Positions 28,531-37,096 are shown, counted from the stretch's first letter. The stretch: DNA of 64,000 nucleotides from Minisyncoccota bacterium (GCA_043780835.1 JAYWCB010000002.1:27466-91465); one strand, 5' to 3'. Numbers and translations are program-made. The notes: generated by a model from the sequence alone, not told the origin.

Positions 28531-28779
28531 GTAATTTGTTTATCCCGCACTTTTTTAATTGGGCGGGGGCCGTGAAGGAAAGCGTGGGAGGCCTGCACCC
28601 TGCCTTGCGGCCTGGGTTATGGACACTCCGCGGCGTAGGTCCTAGATTCTTGCGATATACCTGAAAAGTTCAGGAATCAGGCCAAAAAACGGACCTCCTG
28701 CGAGGCCTGCAAAATATACTCGAAAGGTACAGTGAAGTCAAACGGTGACTATTTCATTTATTGACCCGCTGGAGAGATC

Positions 28780-29169
28780 GTGTATCGTTTCAAAAGCGAA
28801 GCATGGAGAACTCCGATGACCGCTGCATTTTCTGACGTAAAAGTAGAACTATCATTCACTATCCCGAAAATGGGAAATGGTCGTCGCGTATTCGTTATTC
28901 CAAACAACGAGGGGCGGCGGCATAAAATTCTCCCAGGATTCGGCACCTATCTTGGTGACGCGAGTCTCGGAAGAATTCTCAATTTGGGTCGACCTGACCT
29001 GATTCGTACGCTCACGCCGAAATTCCGCATGCAGTCTGGCAAAGTTGTGTATGGGATTGAATGCGCATGGACGACGACTCTGCTGTTTCAATCTCCCAGC
29101 AACATCATTGTGCAGTTCGGTGTCGACGACGCTACACTTGAACTCTGCAAAAGACACGGTCTTTTTTAA
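28780..29169 (+). CDS. Hypothetical protein (island 1)
   Basis: GTG/ATG start with GGAGAG upstream. Followed by a strong terminator. Confidence 0.35.
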   Translation: MYRFKSEAWRTPMTAAFSDVKVELSFTIPKMGNGRRVFVIPNNEGRRHKILPGFGTYLGDASLGRILNLGRPDLIRTLTPKFRMQSGKVVYGIECAWTTTLLFQSPSNIIVQFGVDDATLELCKRHGLF

Positions 29170-29183
29170 ATAGCTGGAACGAA

Positions 29184-29210
29184 CGGCCGCGCAATTGCGC
29201 GGCCGTTTTT
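29184..29210 (+). terminator. Rho-independent terminator (cggccgcgc-aatt-gcgcggccg ttttt)
   Basis: Perfect 9-bp GC stem plus T-tract. Confidence 0.55.
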
Positions 29211-29330
29211 ATACTAGTTTCTGCAGCTAGACAGAAAAGTGGGCGTTTCCAGTCACGCTATTCCCCTAACTTGCATATAGTTGGGCTACATGGTTCTGTG
29301 GGTGCAGGATCATTGAAAAGGAGAATATGC

Positions 29331-29918
29331 ATGACGGTGCAGACCAACGATGCGGACTTCGCGGATATTCTCGGGCAGCTTACACAGCGTATTGCAAACG
29401 TAGATGCGTCGAACTTCGTACCACCATCCCGTCAACCGAGCACACGCGACATCATCCTCGGTCCTGCAACAGATCACATCAAGACCTTGAGGACAGCACG
29501 AGCAAAACTCAAGCAGGAGATTGAGTCGATGAGACAGAATATCATTACACTCATCGACAAGATCCAGGCGATGCTTCCGGACACCGTCGCGTCCCTCGCA
29601 GACTACAGCGTGTGGGAAGAACATAATCCTTCAGGAAAAAAGATAGTGGAGGAGCTTTATCGCTTGGACGCTTTAGGTCAGCCGATGCGCGCGATTGAGA
29701 AGATGATGACCGTCCTTCTTAATGCGGAGGTCGCTCGGGCTTATCCTGAGATCTACAAGAAGCGCAACGACGACAAGATCCCTCGCATTAACTCAAACTG
29801 GGATGTGGTGTTTGTTGATCCCCCACACTACACAGGCATCAGCATCGCGGACGGGATAGTTTTTCCGAGTTTACGAACGCTGATGACACAAGAGTCCTCG
29901 GGTATGCACAAGCATTAG
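29331..29918 (+). CDS. Hypothetical protein (island 1)
   Basis: AAAGGAG RBS 7 nt upstream of ATG 29331. Followed by a terminator. Confidence 0.4.
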   Translation: MTVQTNDADFADILGQLTQRIANVDASNFVPPSRQPSTRDIILGPATDHIKTLRTARAKLKQEIESMRQNIITLIDKIQAMLPDTVASLADYSVWEEHNPSGKKIVEELYRLDALGQPMRAIEKMMTVLLNAEVARAYPEIYKKRNDDKIPRINSNWDVVFVDPPHYTGISIADGIVFPSLRTLMTQESSGMHKH

Positions 29919-29947
29919 TCTGTGTTCTAAACGAACGACTGATGCAA

Positions 29948-29975
29948 AAAGGGCCGCTACATGCGGCCCTTTTTC
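29948..29975 (+). terminator. Rho-independent terminator (aaagggccgc-taca-tgcggcccttttt)
   Basis: Perfect stem plus T-tract. Confidence 0.55.
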
Positions 29976-30024
29976 ATATTTTTTTGGGAGTTGGTCGAGA
30001 ATACGTGGCTCTTCGGATCGTGTT

Positions 30025-30567
30025 TTATAAATCGATATACATGTGGTGTGAGTCGACGAGTTCCCCCTGATGACGGGTTCCCTTTGGGAGCATGCCGAAC
30101 TCAACGAATCCGAGCTTTTCGTACAGCGATTTTGCGAGACTGTTCGGAGCCTTCACGGTGAGAATAATCTTTTGCAATCCTTCTAGCTTTTTTGCCTCAT
30201 CAATTGTTGTTTCCATCAGCAATCGGCCAAACCCTTGTCCGCGTGATGCCGCATCAACTCCGAGCCCGAGCTTTGCGATATGACTTTCAGTTTTATCCTG
30301 CATCTCGATATTGCAAAGCCCATGAACCTCGCCATTAACGATAAGAAATAATGCTGCAGCCTTTCCTACCTCGACTTTCTCGATCAGCTTCGTAATAAAC
30401 TTCTGCTCTTCCTCGAGCGTTACCTCTTCTCCCTGCACACGCACAAACGTGCGTTCTTTAGAAAGACGATTGATGTATCTCCACGCACTTTCAACATCTG
30501 CAATTTCCGGATACCGAATGGTATACGGTGTACCATTTTTAGTCGTTCCTTCAGTAACTATTCTCAT
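30025..30567 (-). CDS. GNAT family N-acetyltransferase
   Basis: Acetyl-CoA binding motif RGQGFGRLLM, GNAT beta-alpha core. Start set at MRIVTEG. Confidence 0.7.
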   Translation of the reverse strand: MRIVTEGTTKNGTPYTIRYPEIADVESAWRYINRLSKERTFVRVQGEEVTLEEEQKFITKLIEKVEVGKAAALFLIVNGEVHGLCNIEMQDKTESHIAKLGLGVDAASRGQGFGRLLMETTIDEAKKLEGLQKIILTVKAPNSLAKSLYEKLGFVEFGMLPKGTRHQGELVDSHHMYIDL

Positions 30568-30607
30568 AGGATGAGTGTACGCTCGCACATGCTCGCTGAC
30601 GAGCGAC

Positions 30608-30904
30608 TTATTCTTCAATGTCGGCGTAGATGACAACCCCACATCCGTCATCGAGTGCGGTGTTCAAAGCTATTTCCAACGGATCGGTCGTTTCAAGTTT
30701 TGGCATCGCATCAGGGAGTGTGCCCATTTTCTCTATTGAGAGTATCCAAAAGGCATCAAACATCGCCGTATCGATTTTCTTTATCGCATCTTCCTCATTA
30801 AGGGCTTTTACAAAAATCATCGCACCGTGCTTTTCACCCGTGTTGTACCGCGCATTCCCCTGCGCAGCTGTCGCGATACCGGTGGCTATATGAATGACGT
30901 CCAT
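30608..30904 (-). CDS. Small hypothetical protein between the MTase and GNAT genes
   Basis: 98-aa ORF from MDVIHIATG. The upstream part of the annotated ORF overlaps the MTase and was rejected. Confidence 0.3.
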   Translation of the reverse strand: MDVIHIATGIATAAQGNARYNTGEKHGAMIFVKALNEEDAIKKIDTAMFDAFWILSIEKMGTLPDAMPKLETTDPLEIALNTALDDGCGVVIYADIEE

Positions 30905-30911
30905 AGATTGG

Positions 30912-31694
30912 TTATACCAGCTTCTGTAGGTACATCGAGAAGGTACGGCGTTTCCAGGCACGCTCCTCGCCGATTTTTCCGCGATTGATGTGCTTATGGG
31001 ATTTCTGGATCTTGTGGATCTCGAAGTACGGCTCAAAAAATTCACGGGCCTCGTCCTCGGTCCACACGTGCTCATGCACGCCGATCTTCGGGTGAATATA
31101 TCCTCCGGGTTCATCCGACGGATGATCTTTGAGCAGGCGCGCACTGTGCAGGTCTTCATCCGCAAGGAATGATTTGAAAAACAGCCATCCGCCCGGTTTG
31201 AGCACTCGCACGATTTCTGCGAGGAGTTTCTCACGCTCCTCTTTATGCAAGAAATGCGACGCCATCATATCGAGCACAAACGTGGTTGAGTTGTCGGCAT
31301 CCGGCAAGGGTTCCGTCATGGAGCGCACTGCAAATTCGAGCGGTAAGTCTTCGGCGTTTTTGATGGCTTCTTTGATTGCGACTTCTGATATGTCGTAACC
31401 CACGCCGCGCATGCCAAAATTATTCGACATGTAGATAATGTTGCGCCCGTTGCCGGTGCCGATATCGATCACTTTTACGATCGGATTCAGGTATTTACGA
31501 CCGAAGTCACGCTCCATCCAGCGGATGAACTTTTCAAGATCTTCTGACACATTCATAGAGAGCGCGAGGTGTTCGCTCGTTTGGTATTCCTTATTCCAGA
31601 ATTCCTTATGCTTGCCGGTCCCCTGCTTGAGAAGGGTCGTTTGCCCCGGTTTTATCTTTTTTACTTTTCGTACCATAGTCTGTATTTTCCCCAC
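30912..31694 (-). CDS. Class I SAM-dependent methyltransferase
   Basis: Motif I VIDIGTGNGRN, motif post-I GYDIS, VLKPGGWLFF. Confidence 0.7.
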   Translation of the reverse strand: MGKIQTMVRKVKKIKPGQTTLLKQGTGKHKEFWNKEYQTSEHLALSMNVSEDLEKFIRWMERDFGRKYLNPIVKVIDIGTGNGRNIIYMSNNFGMRGVGYDISEVAIKEAIKNAEDLPLEFAVRSMTEPLPDADNSTTFVLDMMASHFLHKEEREKLLAEIVRVLKPGGWLFFKSFLADEDLHSARLLKDHPSDEPGGYIHPKIGVHEHVWTEDEAREFFEPYFEIHKIQKSHKHINRGKIGEERAWKRRTFSMYLQKLV

Positions 31695-31730
31695 AATACC
31701 TTACCCCACTCTTCTATGCACCCTTCCGTA

Positions 31731-31764
31731 TCCCTATCTGTACGCGATAGCGTATATTTAGGGA
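31731..31764. promoter_or_regulatory. Operator-like repeat copy A (tccctatctgTACGCGATAGCGTAtatttaggga), palindromic core TACGC-GATA-GCGTA
   Basis: Immediately upstream of the PaaX-like gene start (31766). A near-identical copy sits at 32384-32413. Confidence 0.4.
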
Positions 31765-31765
31765 T

Positions 31766-32347
31766 ATGAGAAATATCGAGGAGAAAGGGAGAAAGCGAAG
31801 AAGAAAAGAAAATATTCAGAACGCCCTCCTTTCGATTGTCACCGTCGCTGGAACTCTAGCCGTTGCAACAGTGGCACCGAATATATTCCAAGCACTTCCT
31901 CATATCGTCGGCAAGGATCGCTATAGACTCGCATTCAAAAGTAAGACGGCGATCGATCGGTTGATCATAAAGAAGTATCTTCGTCGCGTTCGTAAAAACG
32001 GATCAGTGTTTTTGGAGTTAACCAACGAGGGCCGCCAACATCTACTTGTGGAAGAAGCGCGAGTAAGCTCTCCCGCGTCAAAAAAGAGAAAGCGATGGGA
32101 CGGTCGATATCGGCTTGTTATGTTCGATATACCAGAAAAGCGAAAAACTACGCGCGATCGCCTACGAATGCTCATGAACGAATTTGGCTTTATGCGATTA
32201 CAAAACAGCGTGTGGGTTTCTCCGTACGATTGTGAGGAACTGATTGCACTCGTAAAGGCGGAGCTCCGAATCGGGTCGGCAATTCTGTACGCTCTTGTCG
32301 ACCAGATCGAGGGCGAACGAAGAATTAAGGATCATTTTGGACTGTAA
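31766..32347 (+). CDS. PaaX-like transcriptional regulator-like protein (wHTH-like N-terminus plus Cas2/VapD-like ferredoxin-fold C-terminal domain)
   Basis: C-terminal YRLVMFDIPEKRKTTRDRLRMLMNEFGFMRLQNSVWVS strongly resembles the Cas2 N-terminal beta1-alpha1-beta2 region (...YDV..KRR.R..K....YG.RVQNSVFEC). N-terminal region is basic/HTH-like. Confidence 0.45.
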   Translation: MRNIEEKGRKRRRKENIQNALLSIVTVAGTLAVATVAPNIFQALPHIVGKDRYRLAFKSKTAIDRLIIKKYLRRVRKNGSVFLELTNEGRQHLLVEEARVSSPASKKRKRWDGRYRLVMFDIPEKRKTTRDRLRMLMNEFGFMRLQNSVWVSPYDCEELIALVKAELRIGSAILYALVDQIEGERRIKDHFGL

Positions 32348-32383
32348 TATACCGCCACAAACAAATATATGTCGTTTAATAAA

Positions 32384-32413
32384 TCCCTATTTCTACGCGA
32401 TAGCGTAATTATA
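32384..32413. promoter_or_regulatory. Operator-like repeat copy B (tccctatttcTACGCGATAGCGTAattatagaga)
   Basis: Second copy of the palindromic motif, upstream of small gene 32501-32788. Confidence 0.4.
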
Positions 32414-32500
32414 GAGACATGACTGTAGTGAGGTAGTGAGATAGCGGATAAATCATACGTCTGGTACCGTACCACAGGATCATCACCGAAGGAGACTCTT

Positions 32501-32788
32501 ATGTTGGCTATTCGCATTATTGCGATGCCTCCTGGCTTCGCGCCCGAAGAAATACGTAGATCTTGGATTGGCGTTACCATTCCGCTCGCGACAGACGAAG
32601 AGATTGCAGTAGATCCGCCATCGGGCTTCGGATTCGGCAACCTGAACATGGACGGACATCTTGTCCTTCTAGACAAGGCTCTGGCTGCTTTGGATGCTGC
32701 TCAACAGAATGAGGCTTTCATATTCTGGGAACAATTCCTAATGGGCAGATATCTTCGTTTCAGCAAGGACGTGTGCGAACTGGTTTAA
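32501..32788 (+). CDS. Small hypothetical protein (island 1)
   Basis: GGAGA RBS 6 nt upstream. Terminator follows. Confidence 0.4.
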   Translation: MLAIRIIAMPPGFAPEEIRRSWIGVTIPLATDEEIAVDPPSGFGFGNLNMDGHLVLLDKALAALDAAQQNEAFIFWEQFLMGRYLRFSKDVCELV

Positions 32789-32804
32789 GTTCGTTCCAAT
32801 ATCA

Positions 32805-32832
32805 AAATGGCCGCTTTGCAGCGGCCATTTTT
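32805..32832. terminator. Bidirectional terminator (aaatggccgc-tttgca-gcggccattttt) between the island and rplE
   Basis: Perfect 10-bp stem with flanking A/T tracts. Confidence 0.55.
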
Positions 32833-32837
32833 GTTTG

Positions 32838-33368
32838 TTATTTCTGGAGCGGGACACCGAGATGTCGTAAAAATGCTTCTGCCTCTTTTTTGTTTTTTGC
32901 AGTCGTTGTAACCGTGACTGCGAGACCGAACACATCTTTTGCGTCTTCGTCGGATGTCTCCGGGAAGACGGTGTGTTCCTTGAAGCCGATGGTGATATTT
33001 CCCATCTCATCGATTGCAGAGACCTTGATACCACGGAAGTCTTTCACACGCGGGAGTACGATATTGACGAGTTTGTCGAAGAACGAAACCATTCGAGCAC
33101 CGCGCATCGTGATCTGGTAGCCAGAGAGATCACCAACACGAGTCTTGAAGTTCGCAATTGATTTCGTGGTGAGGCGCTTGGCGGGAGCCTGACCGGTAAT
33201 TTTGGTCAGACGATCAACGATGACCTCGAGCTTCTTTTTGTCTTTGACGGAGCCTACGCCGCACGAAACGATGAGCTTACTCAGCGTCGGGGTCTGCATG
33301 ACATTTTTGTATCCGAACTCAGCCTTGAGGGCTGCGTGGGTATTCTTCTGAATAGTGTGTGCGTCCAT
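32838..33368 (-). CDS. rplE: 50S ribosomal protein L5
   Basis: PTLSKLIVSCGVGS...FRGI...GNITIGFKEH. Confidence 0.9.
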   Translation of the reverse strand: MDAHTIQKNTHAALKAEFGYKNVMQTPTLSKLIVSCGVGSVKDKKKLEVIVDRLTKITGQAPAKRLTTKSIANFKTRVGDLSGYQITMRGARMVSFFDKLVNIVLPRVKDFRGIKVSAIDEMGNITIGFKEHTVFPETSDEDAKDVFGLAVTVTTTAKNKKEAEAFLRHLGVPLQK

Positions 33369-33369
33369 A

Positions 33370-33681
33370 TTATTTGATGGCCTGACCGCTCTTTACAGCG
33401 ATGCGGCTACGAACTCCTTTTTCGTCTCGCTTGATTGAAATACGTGATGGCTTTCCGGTTTTCACGTCTACGATCATTACATTCGATACATGGATCGGCA
33501 TCGGTTTATTGATGATCTGGCCGCTTCGGGAAGCCTGTGTTCGCTTCTTGTGACGCTTGCCCATGTTCACGCCGTCGATGATGATCTTATCGATCTTCGT
33601 GAATACCTGTGTGATTGCGCCGGTTGCGCCTTTTGCCTTGCCCGCAATCACCATTACTTTGTCTCCTTTTTTGAGTTTCAT
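33370..33681 (-). CDS. rplX: 50S ribosomal protein L24
   Basis: MKLKKGDKVMVIAGKAKGATGAI (KOW motif). Start set at MKLKKGD. Confidence 0.85.
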   Translation of the reverse strand: MKLKKGDKVMVIAGKAKGATGAITQVFTKIDKIIIDGVNMGKRHKKRTQASRSGQIINKPMPIHVSNVMIVDVKTGKPSRISIKRDEKGVRSRIAVKSGQAIK

Positions 33682-33685
33682 ATAA

Positions 33686-34057
33686 TTACAAAATTTCCGG
33701 TGCAAGTGATGCGATCTTCTGATAGCCGCGTTCAATGACTTCGCGCGGAATCGGTCCGAATACACGGTTTGCCTTTGGCTCCTTCTTATCCTTTTCCACG
33801 AGCACCACAGCGTTTTCGTCGAAGCGGATGTATGAACCGTCCTTGCGGCGGAATGCCTTTTTCTGGCGTACGACAACTGCGCGGTGCACATCCTTCTTCT
33901 TTACAGACTTACGAGGCTGCGCAGTTTGGATGGAGAGGACGACCTCGTCGCCGATTTCGGCATAGCGCTTTTTGGATCCGCCAAGAATTTTGAACACACG
34001 CCCGATCTGTCCGCCGGAGTTGTCTGCAATTTTTACGAGTGATCGATCCTGCAACAT
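33686..34057 (-). CDS. rplN: 50S ribosomal protein L14
   Basis: MLQDRSLVKIADNSGG... Confidence 0.9.
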   Translation of the reverse strand: MLQDRSLVKIADNSGGQIGRVFKILGGSKKRYAEIGDEVVLSIQTAQPRKSVKKKDVHRAVVVRQKKAFRRKDGSYIRFDENAVVLVEKDKKEPKANRVFGPIPREVIERGYQKIASLAPEIL

Positions 34058-34063
34058 ATATAT

Positions 34064-34333
34064 TTATTTTGTTTCGACTGCGGCACTATCGGATGAAACG
34101 ATGATGAAGCGCTTGAGCTTTGAAATTGGTCGTGTCTCCTTGATGGTCACTTTTGCACCAACGACTGCGGTATTACCCGGATTGTGGACGAGAAACTTCT
34201 TTGAAAGACGCATGTACTTCTTGTATTTCGGATGCTTCACGTAGCGTTCCACCTGAACGGTCACCGTGTCTTTCATCGCCGCTTTTACAACGACGCCGTC
34301 AAATGTCTTTCCTGTTGTGATTTTAGCTTCCAT
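34064..34333 (-). CDS. rpsQ: 30S ribosomal protein S17
   Basis: GVVVKAAMKDTVTVQVERYVKHPKYKKY. Confidence 0.9.
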   Translation of the reverse strand: MEAKITTGKTFDGVVVKAAMKDTVTVQVERYVKHPKYKKYMRLSKKFLVHNPGNTAVVGAKVTIKETRPISKLKRFIIVSSDSAAVETK

Positions 34334-34339
34334 ACAATC

Positions 34340-34531
34340 TTACTTTTGGCCTACCTTACGCGAATTCATCTCTGTAAGCAACCGAGCGATCTCTTTGCGG
34401 AGTCCGCGACCCTCGCGCACGTTGCGTGTGCGGGTTCCAGCCTCACCGAATCGGAACGTGCGAAGTGCCTCGCGCTTTGTTGCGATCTCCTTCTGCAGGT
34501 CTTCCATGTTCCATGATTTAAGTTCAGCCAT
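34340..34531 (-). CDS. rpmC: 50S ribosomal protein L29
   Basis: MAELKSWNMEDLQKEIATKREALRTFRF. Confidence 0.85.
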   Translation of the reverse strand: MAELKSWNMEDLQKEIATKREALRTFRFGEAGTRTRNVREGRGLRKEIARLLTEMNSRKVGQK

Positions 34532-34542
34532 ACAATTTATGA

Positions 34543-34965
34543 TTACGCTCGTGCGACAATGCGGACTTTTACGGGAAGTTTTGTGCCTGCCTTGCGAAGT
34601 GCTTCGCGTGCCATAGCCTCGGTTGCTCCGTCGACTTCGAACAGGATGCGTCCCGGACGAACATCAAACACGTAGCCTGCCAAATCACCTTTACCGGATC
34701 CCATGCGTACTTCTGCAGGCTTTTTGGTGAACGGTCGGTCCGGGAAAATGCGCACCCAGATCTTTGCGCTCTTCCCTGCTGCGCGCGAGAGCGCACGACG
34801 AGCTGCTTCGATCTGATTCGCAGTCACTCGGTGCTGGCTCATGGCCTTGAGGCCGAATGATCCGAAGGCTACGGTGATGCCGCGGGTGTCGGGAGCAACA
34901 CGACGATCGCCTCGTCGGCGGCCGTTCTGCCACTTTCGGTGTTTAACTTTTTTTGGTGCCAACAT
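34543..34965 (-). CDS. rplP: 50S ribosomal protein L16
   Basis: MLAPKKVKHRKWQNGRRRG... Confidence 0.9.
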   Translation of the reverse strand: MLAPKKVKHRKWQNGRRRGDRRVAPDTRGITVAFGSFGLKAMSQHRVTANQIEAARRALSRAAGKSAKIWVRIFPDRPFTKKPAEVRMGSGKGDLAGYVFDVRPGRILFEVDGATEAMAREALRKAGTKLPVKVRIVARA

Positions 34966-34971
34966 ACAAAT

Positions 34972-35646
34972 TTATTGATCCTTCTTGTCGAAGATGTCGC
35001 CGCGATAGATCCATACCTTCACACCGATAACGCCGTATGGGAGATATGCCTTTTCTTTCGCAAAATCGATGTCTGCGCGAAGCGTCTGCAACGGCACACG
35101 ACCGCGTTTGATCTCTTCGGAGCGAGACATTTCTGCCCCTCCCAATCGGCCGGAGATGCCGATGCGCACACCCTGTACGTCACGGTTTGCCATCACCTTC
35201 TCTACCGTCTGCTTGAGCACGCGGCGGAACGTTTGGCGCTTCTCGAGACCTTCTGCAACCATGTAGGCAACAACCGGAGCCTGCGACTCAGGAGAACGCA
35301 CTTCTTCGATGTCGAGCTTGACCAACGATCGTCCTTTTGGAGCACCTTTTACCGTGCCGACAACCTTCTCGATTTCTTTGACGAGTTTCTGGCTACCTTC
35401 GCCGCCGCGGCCGATGACGAGTCCCGGTCGTGAGGTTTTCACGAGGATGCGGATAACGGTCTGTGCGCGTTCGATTTCAACTGACGTCACGAACATACCG
35501 CGAAGGCGCTTCGTAAGGAATCGGCGGATAGTCGTGTCGATCATCACGTTGGTGCGGTACTCGAGCGGTGACTTCGCAAACCAGCGCGACTTCCAATCGC
35601 GGATGATGCCGAGGCGATGTGCGTATGGATGTACTGTATGTGTCAT
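34972..35646 (-). CDS. rpsC: 30S ribosomal protein S3
   Basis: HPYAHRLGIIRDWKSRWFA, KH domain GLVIGRGGEG. Confidence 0.9.
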   Translation of the reverse strand: MTHTVHPYAHRLGIIRDWKSRWFAKSPLEYRTNVMIDTTIRRFLTKRLRGMFVTSVEIERAQTVIRILVKTSRPGLVIGRGGEGSQKLVKEIEKVVGTVKGAPKGRSLVKLDIEEVRSPESQAPVVAYMVAEGLEKRQTFRRVLKQTVEKVMANRDVQGVRIGISGRLGGAEMSRSEEIKRGRVPLQTLRADIDFAKEKAYLPYGVIGVKVWIYRGDIFDKKDQ

Positions 35647-35649
35647 AAA

Positions 35650-36111
35650 TTATTCGGATTTTGATTCGCTCTTTGGTGCTTTCTTTGCGGTCTTTTTTGC
35701 GACAACTTTCTTCGCAGCCTTCGGCTTAGCCTCTTCTGCTACGTCTGCCGTCTTTTTCGACTTTGCGGGTACCGCAGGTGTCGCGCTGTTAGAACCGAGC
35801 TCGAGCGTTACGATGGAAAAAGTCTTTGCATAGCGCGCCGCGCGACCACGTGCCTTCGGCATAAAGCGGCGCATGACCTGACCTTTGTTCACCGCTATAG
35901 CCTTTACAAAAAGACTCTCCACATCGGCGCCGTTATTTTGCACCGCATTCGAGACAGCGGAATTAAGGAGCTTCAACATAACCGGAGAAGACTTTTTTGG
36001 GAGAAACGACAATGCCTGACGCGCTGCCGGAATCGACTTGCCGCGAATTAAATCCGCAACGAGGCGTACTTTGCGTGGTGATTGTTTGTAGTTTGTGAGC
36101 AGCGCCTTCAT
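35650..36111 (-). CDS. rplV: 50S ribosomal protein L22 (Lys/Ala-rich C-terminal tail)
   Basis: SPRKVRLVADLIRGKSIPAARQALSFLPKKSSPVMLKLLNSAVSNAVQN. Confidence 0.9.
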   Translation of the reverse strand: MKALLTNYKQSPRKVRLVADLIRGKSIPAARQALSFLPKKSSPVMLKLLNSAVSNAVQNNGADVESLFVKAIAVNKGQVMRRFMPKARGRAARYAKTFSIVTLELGSNSATPAVPAKSKKTADVAEEAKPKAAKKVVAKKTAKKAPKSESKSE

Positions 36112-36120
36112 AAAAATCTA

Positions 36121-36459
36121 TTATTTCTTCGCTGCGGTAGTTGCTGCTTTTGCGGCTTGTGCGGTCTGGATCTCCTGCTGCTTAGCAGCCATTTCAGCCT
36201 CCTTTTGCATCTTACCGCCGTGTCGAACGAAGCGCGTAGTTGGTGCAAATTCGCCGAGCTTGTGGCCTACCATGTCTTCAGAAACGAACACCGCATCGAA
36301 GTTCTTTCCCGTGTGGACTGCGAATGTGTAGCCGACGAATTCAGGAGCGATCGAGCTTGCGCGCGCCCACGTCTTAATAGAGCCGTCATTCGGCTTGCGA
36401 TTAGACACCTTTTTGAGGAGTTTCTCGTCTACGTAAGGTCCTTTTTTTGCGCTTCGCAT
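36121..36459 (-). CDS. rpsS: 30S ribosomal protein S19 (C-terminal extension)
   Basis: [17 protein letters not shown]...[23 protein letters not shown]. Confidence 0.9.
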   Translation of the reverse strand: MRSAKKGPYVDEKLLKKVSNRKPNDGSIKTWARASSIAPEFVGYTFAVHTGKNFDAVFVSEDMVGHKLGEFAPTTRFVRHGGKMQKEAEMAAKQQEIQTAQAAKAATTAAKK

Positions 36460-36633
36460 AGTATTATTTGTTCGGTCAATTGAAAACCCGCGTTTGGCGG
36501 GAGTTCGTGCAATTTATACGAAGTACCCTCTAATGTCAACTATTTTCAAGCTAAATTAGAGGTCGTGTTGCAGAGTTGCGGATATGTGGCATAGTAATCG
36601 CCGGAAAACGTCCGCAAACAATGGAGTTAAGCC

Positions 36634-36957
36634 ATGAAATACGTGCTCGCGCTGGATATTCGTGTCATGAATCCCGATGACCCAAAACTGGAATGTGCGC
36701 TCAGATGTTGGAATGGACCGCTTATCCCGGCGGGAGCCGGCGTATTCATTGATTGCGGTTTATCTGAGGGCTACATGACAACCGTAGTCGGCCACAATAC
36801 GATGCTCAAGCCGAGCCAAATCCACGAGGAACATATAGAGATCAATCTCGAGTTCACAGCAGAGGCGCTCGGAGAAATCCCCTCTCGCGATCGTACGTGG
36901 GCCGAAGCACAAGTCGCCTACCTCCTTGGTGAGGGCGGATGGAAGCTGCTTAGTTAA
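36634..36957 (+). CDS. Hypothetical protein (island 2)
   Basis: 107-aa ORF with GGAG RBS, opposite strand to the flanking r-protein genes. Confidence 0.35.
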   Translation: MKYVLALDIRVMNPDDPKLECALRCWNGPLIPAGAGVFIDCGLSEGYMTTVVGHNTMLKPSQIHEEHIEINLEFTAEALGEIPSRDRTWAEAQVAYLLGEGGWKLLS

Positions 36958-37096
36958 CAGGACTAAAGCAATTCTATTTAAAAAAACCCGGATGCTGTGA
37001 AAAGGACCGTGTGAAAAGGACCGTCCTTTTCAGAGCTCTGCATGCGAACCATGGAAAAGGCTCATTGAATAAGCCTCATCGTTCATTGCGATATTC

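Noticed and set aside
30905-31234. Upstream 110 codons of ORF 30608-31234
   Set aside because: Overlaps the methyltransferase gene in a different frame. Only the portion from MDVIHIATG (30904) downstream is retained.
31766-32347. Possibility that the Cas2-like protein marks a CRISPR-Cas locus
   Set aside because: I scanned the island and flanks and found no direct-repeat/spacer array and no cas1 or other cas genes. The only repeats are two copies of an operator-like palindrome about 650 bp apart.
34939-35833. Plus-strand ORFs 34939-35433 and 35309-35833
   Set aside because: Antisense to rpsC/rplV, whose identity is unambiguous.
36490-36515. Possible minus-strand terminator (cccgccaaacgcggg plus TTTTCAATTG) immediately upstream of rpsS
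   Set aside because: Stem is only 5 bp with a short T-run. It would leave about 30 nt for an rpsS promoter. More likely a weak/partial structure.
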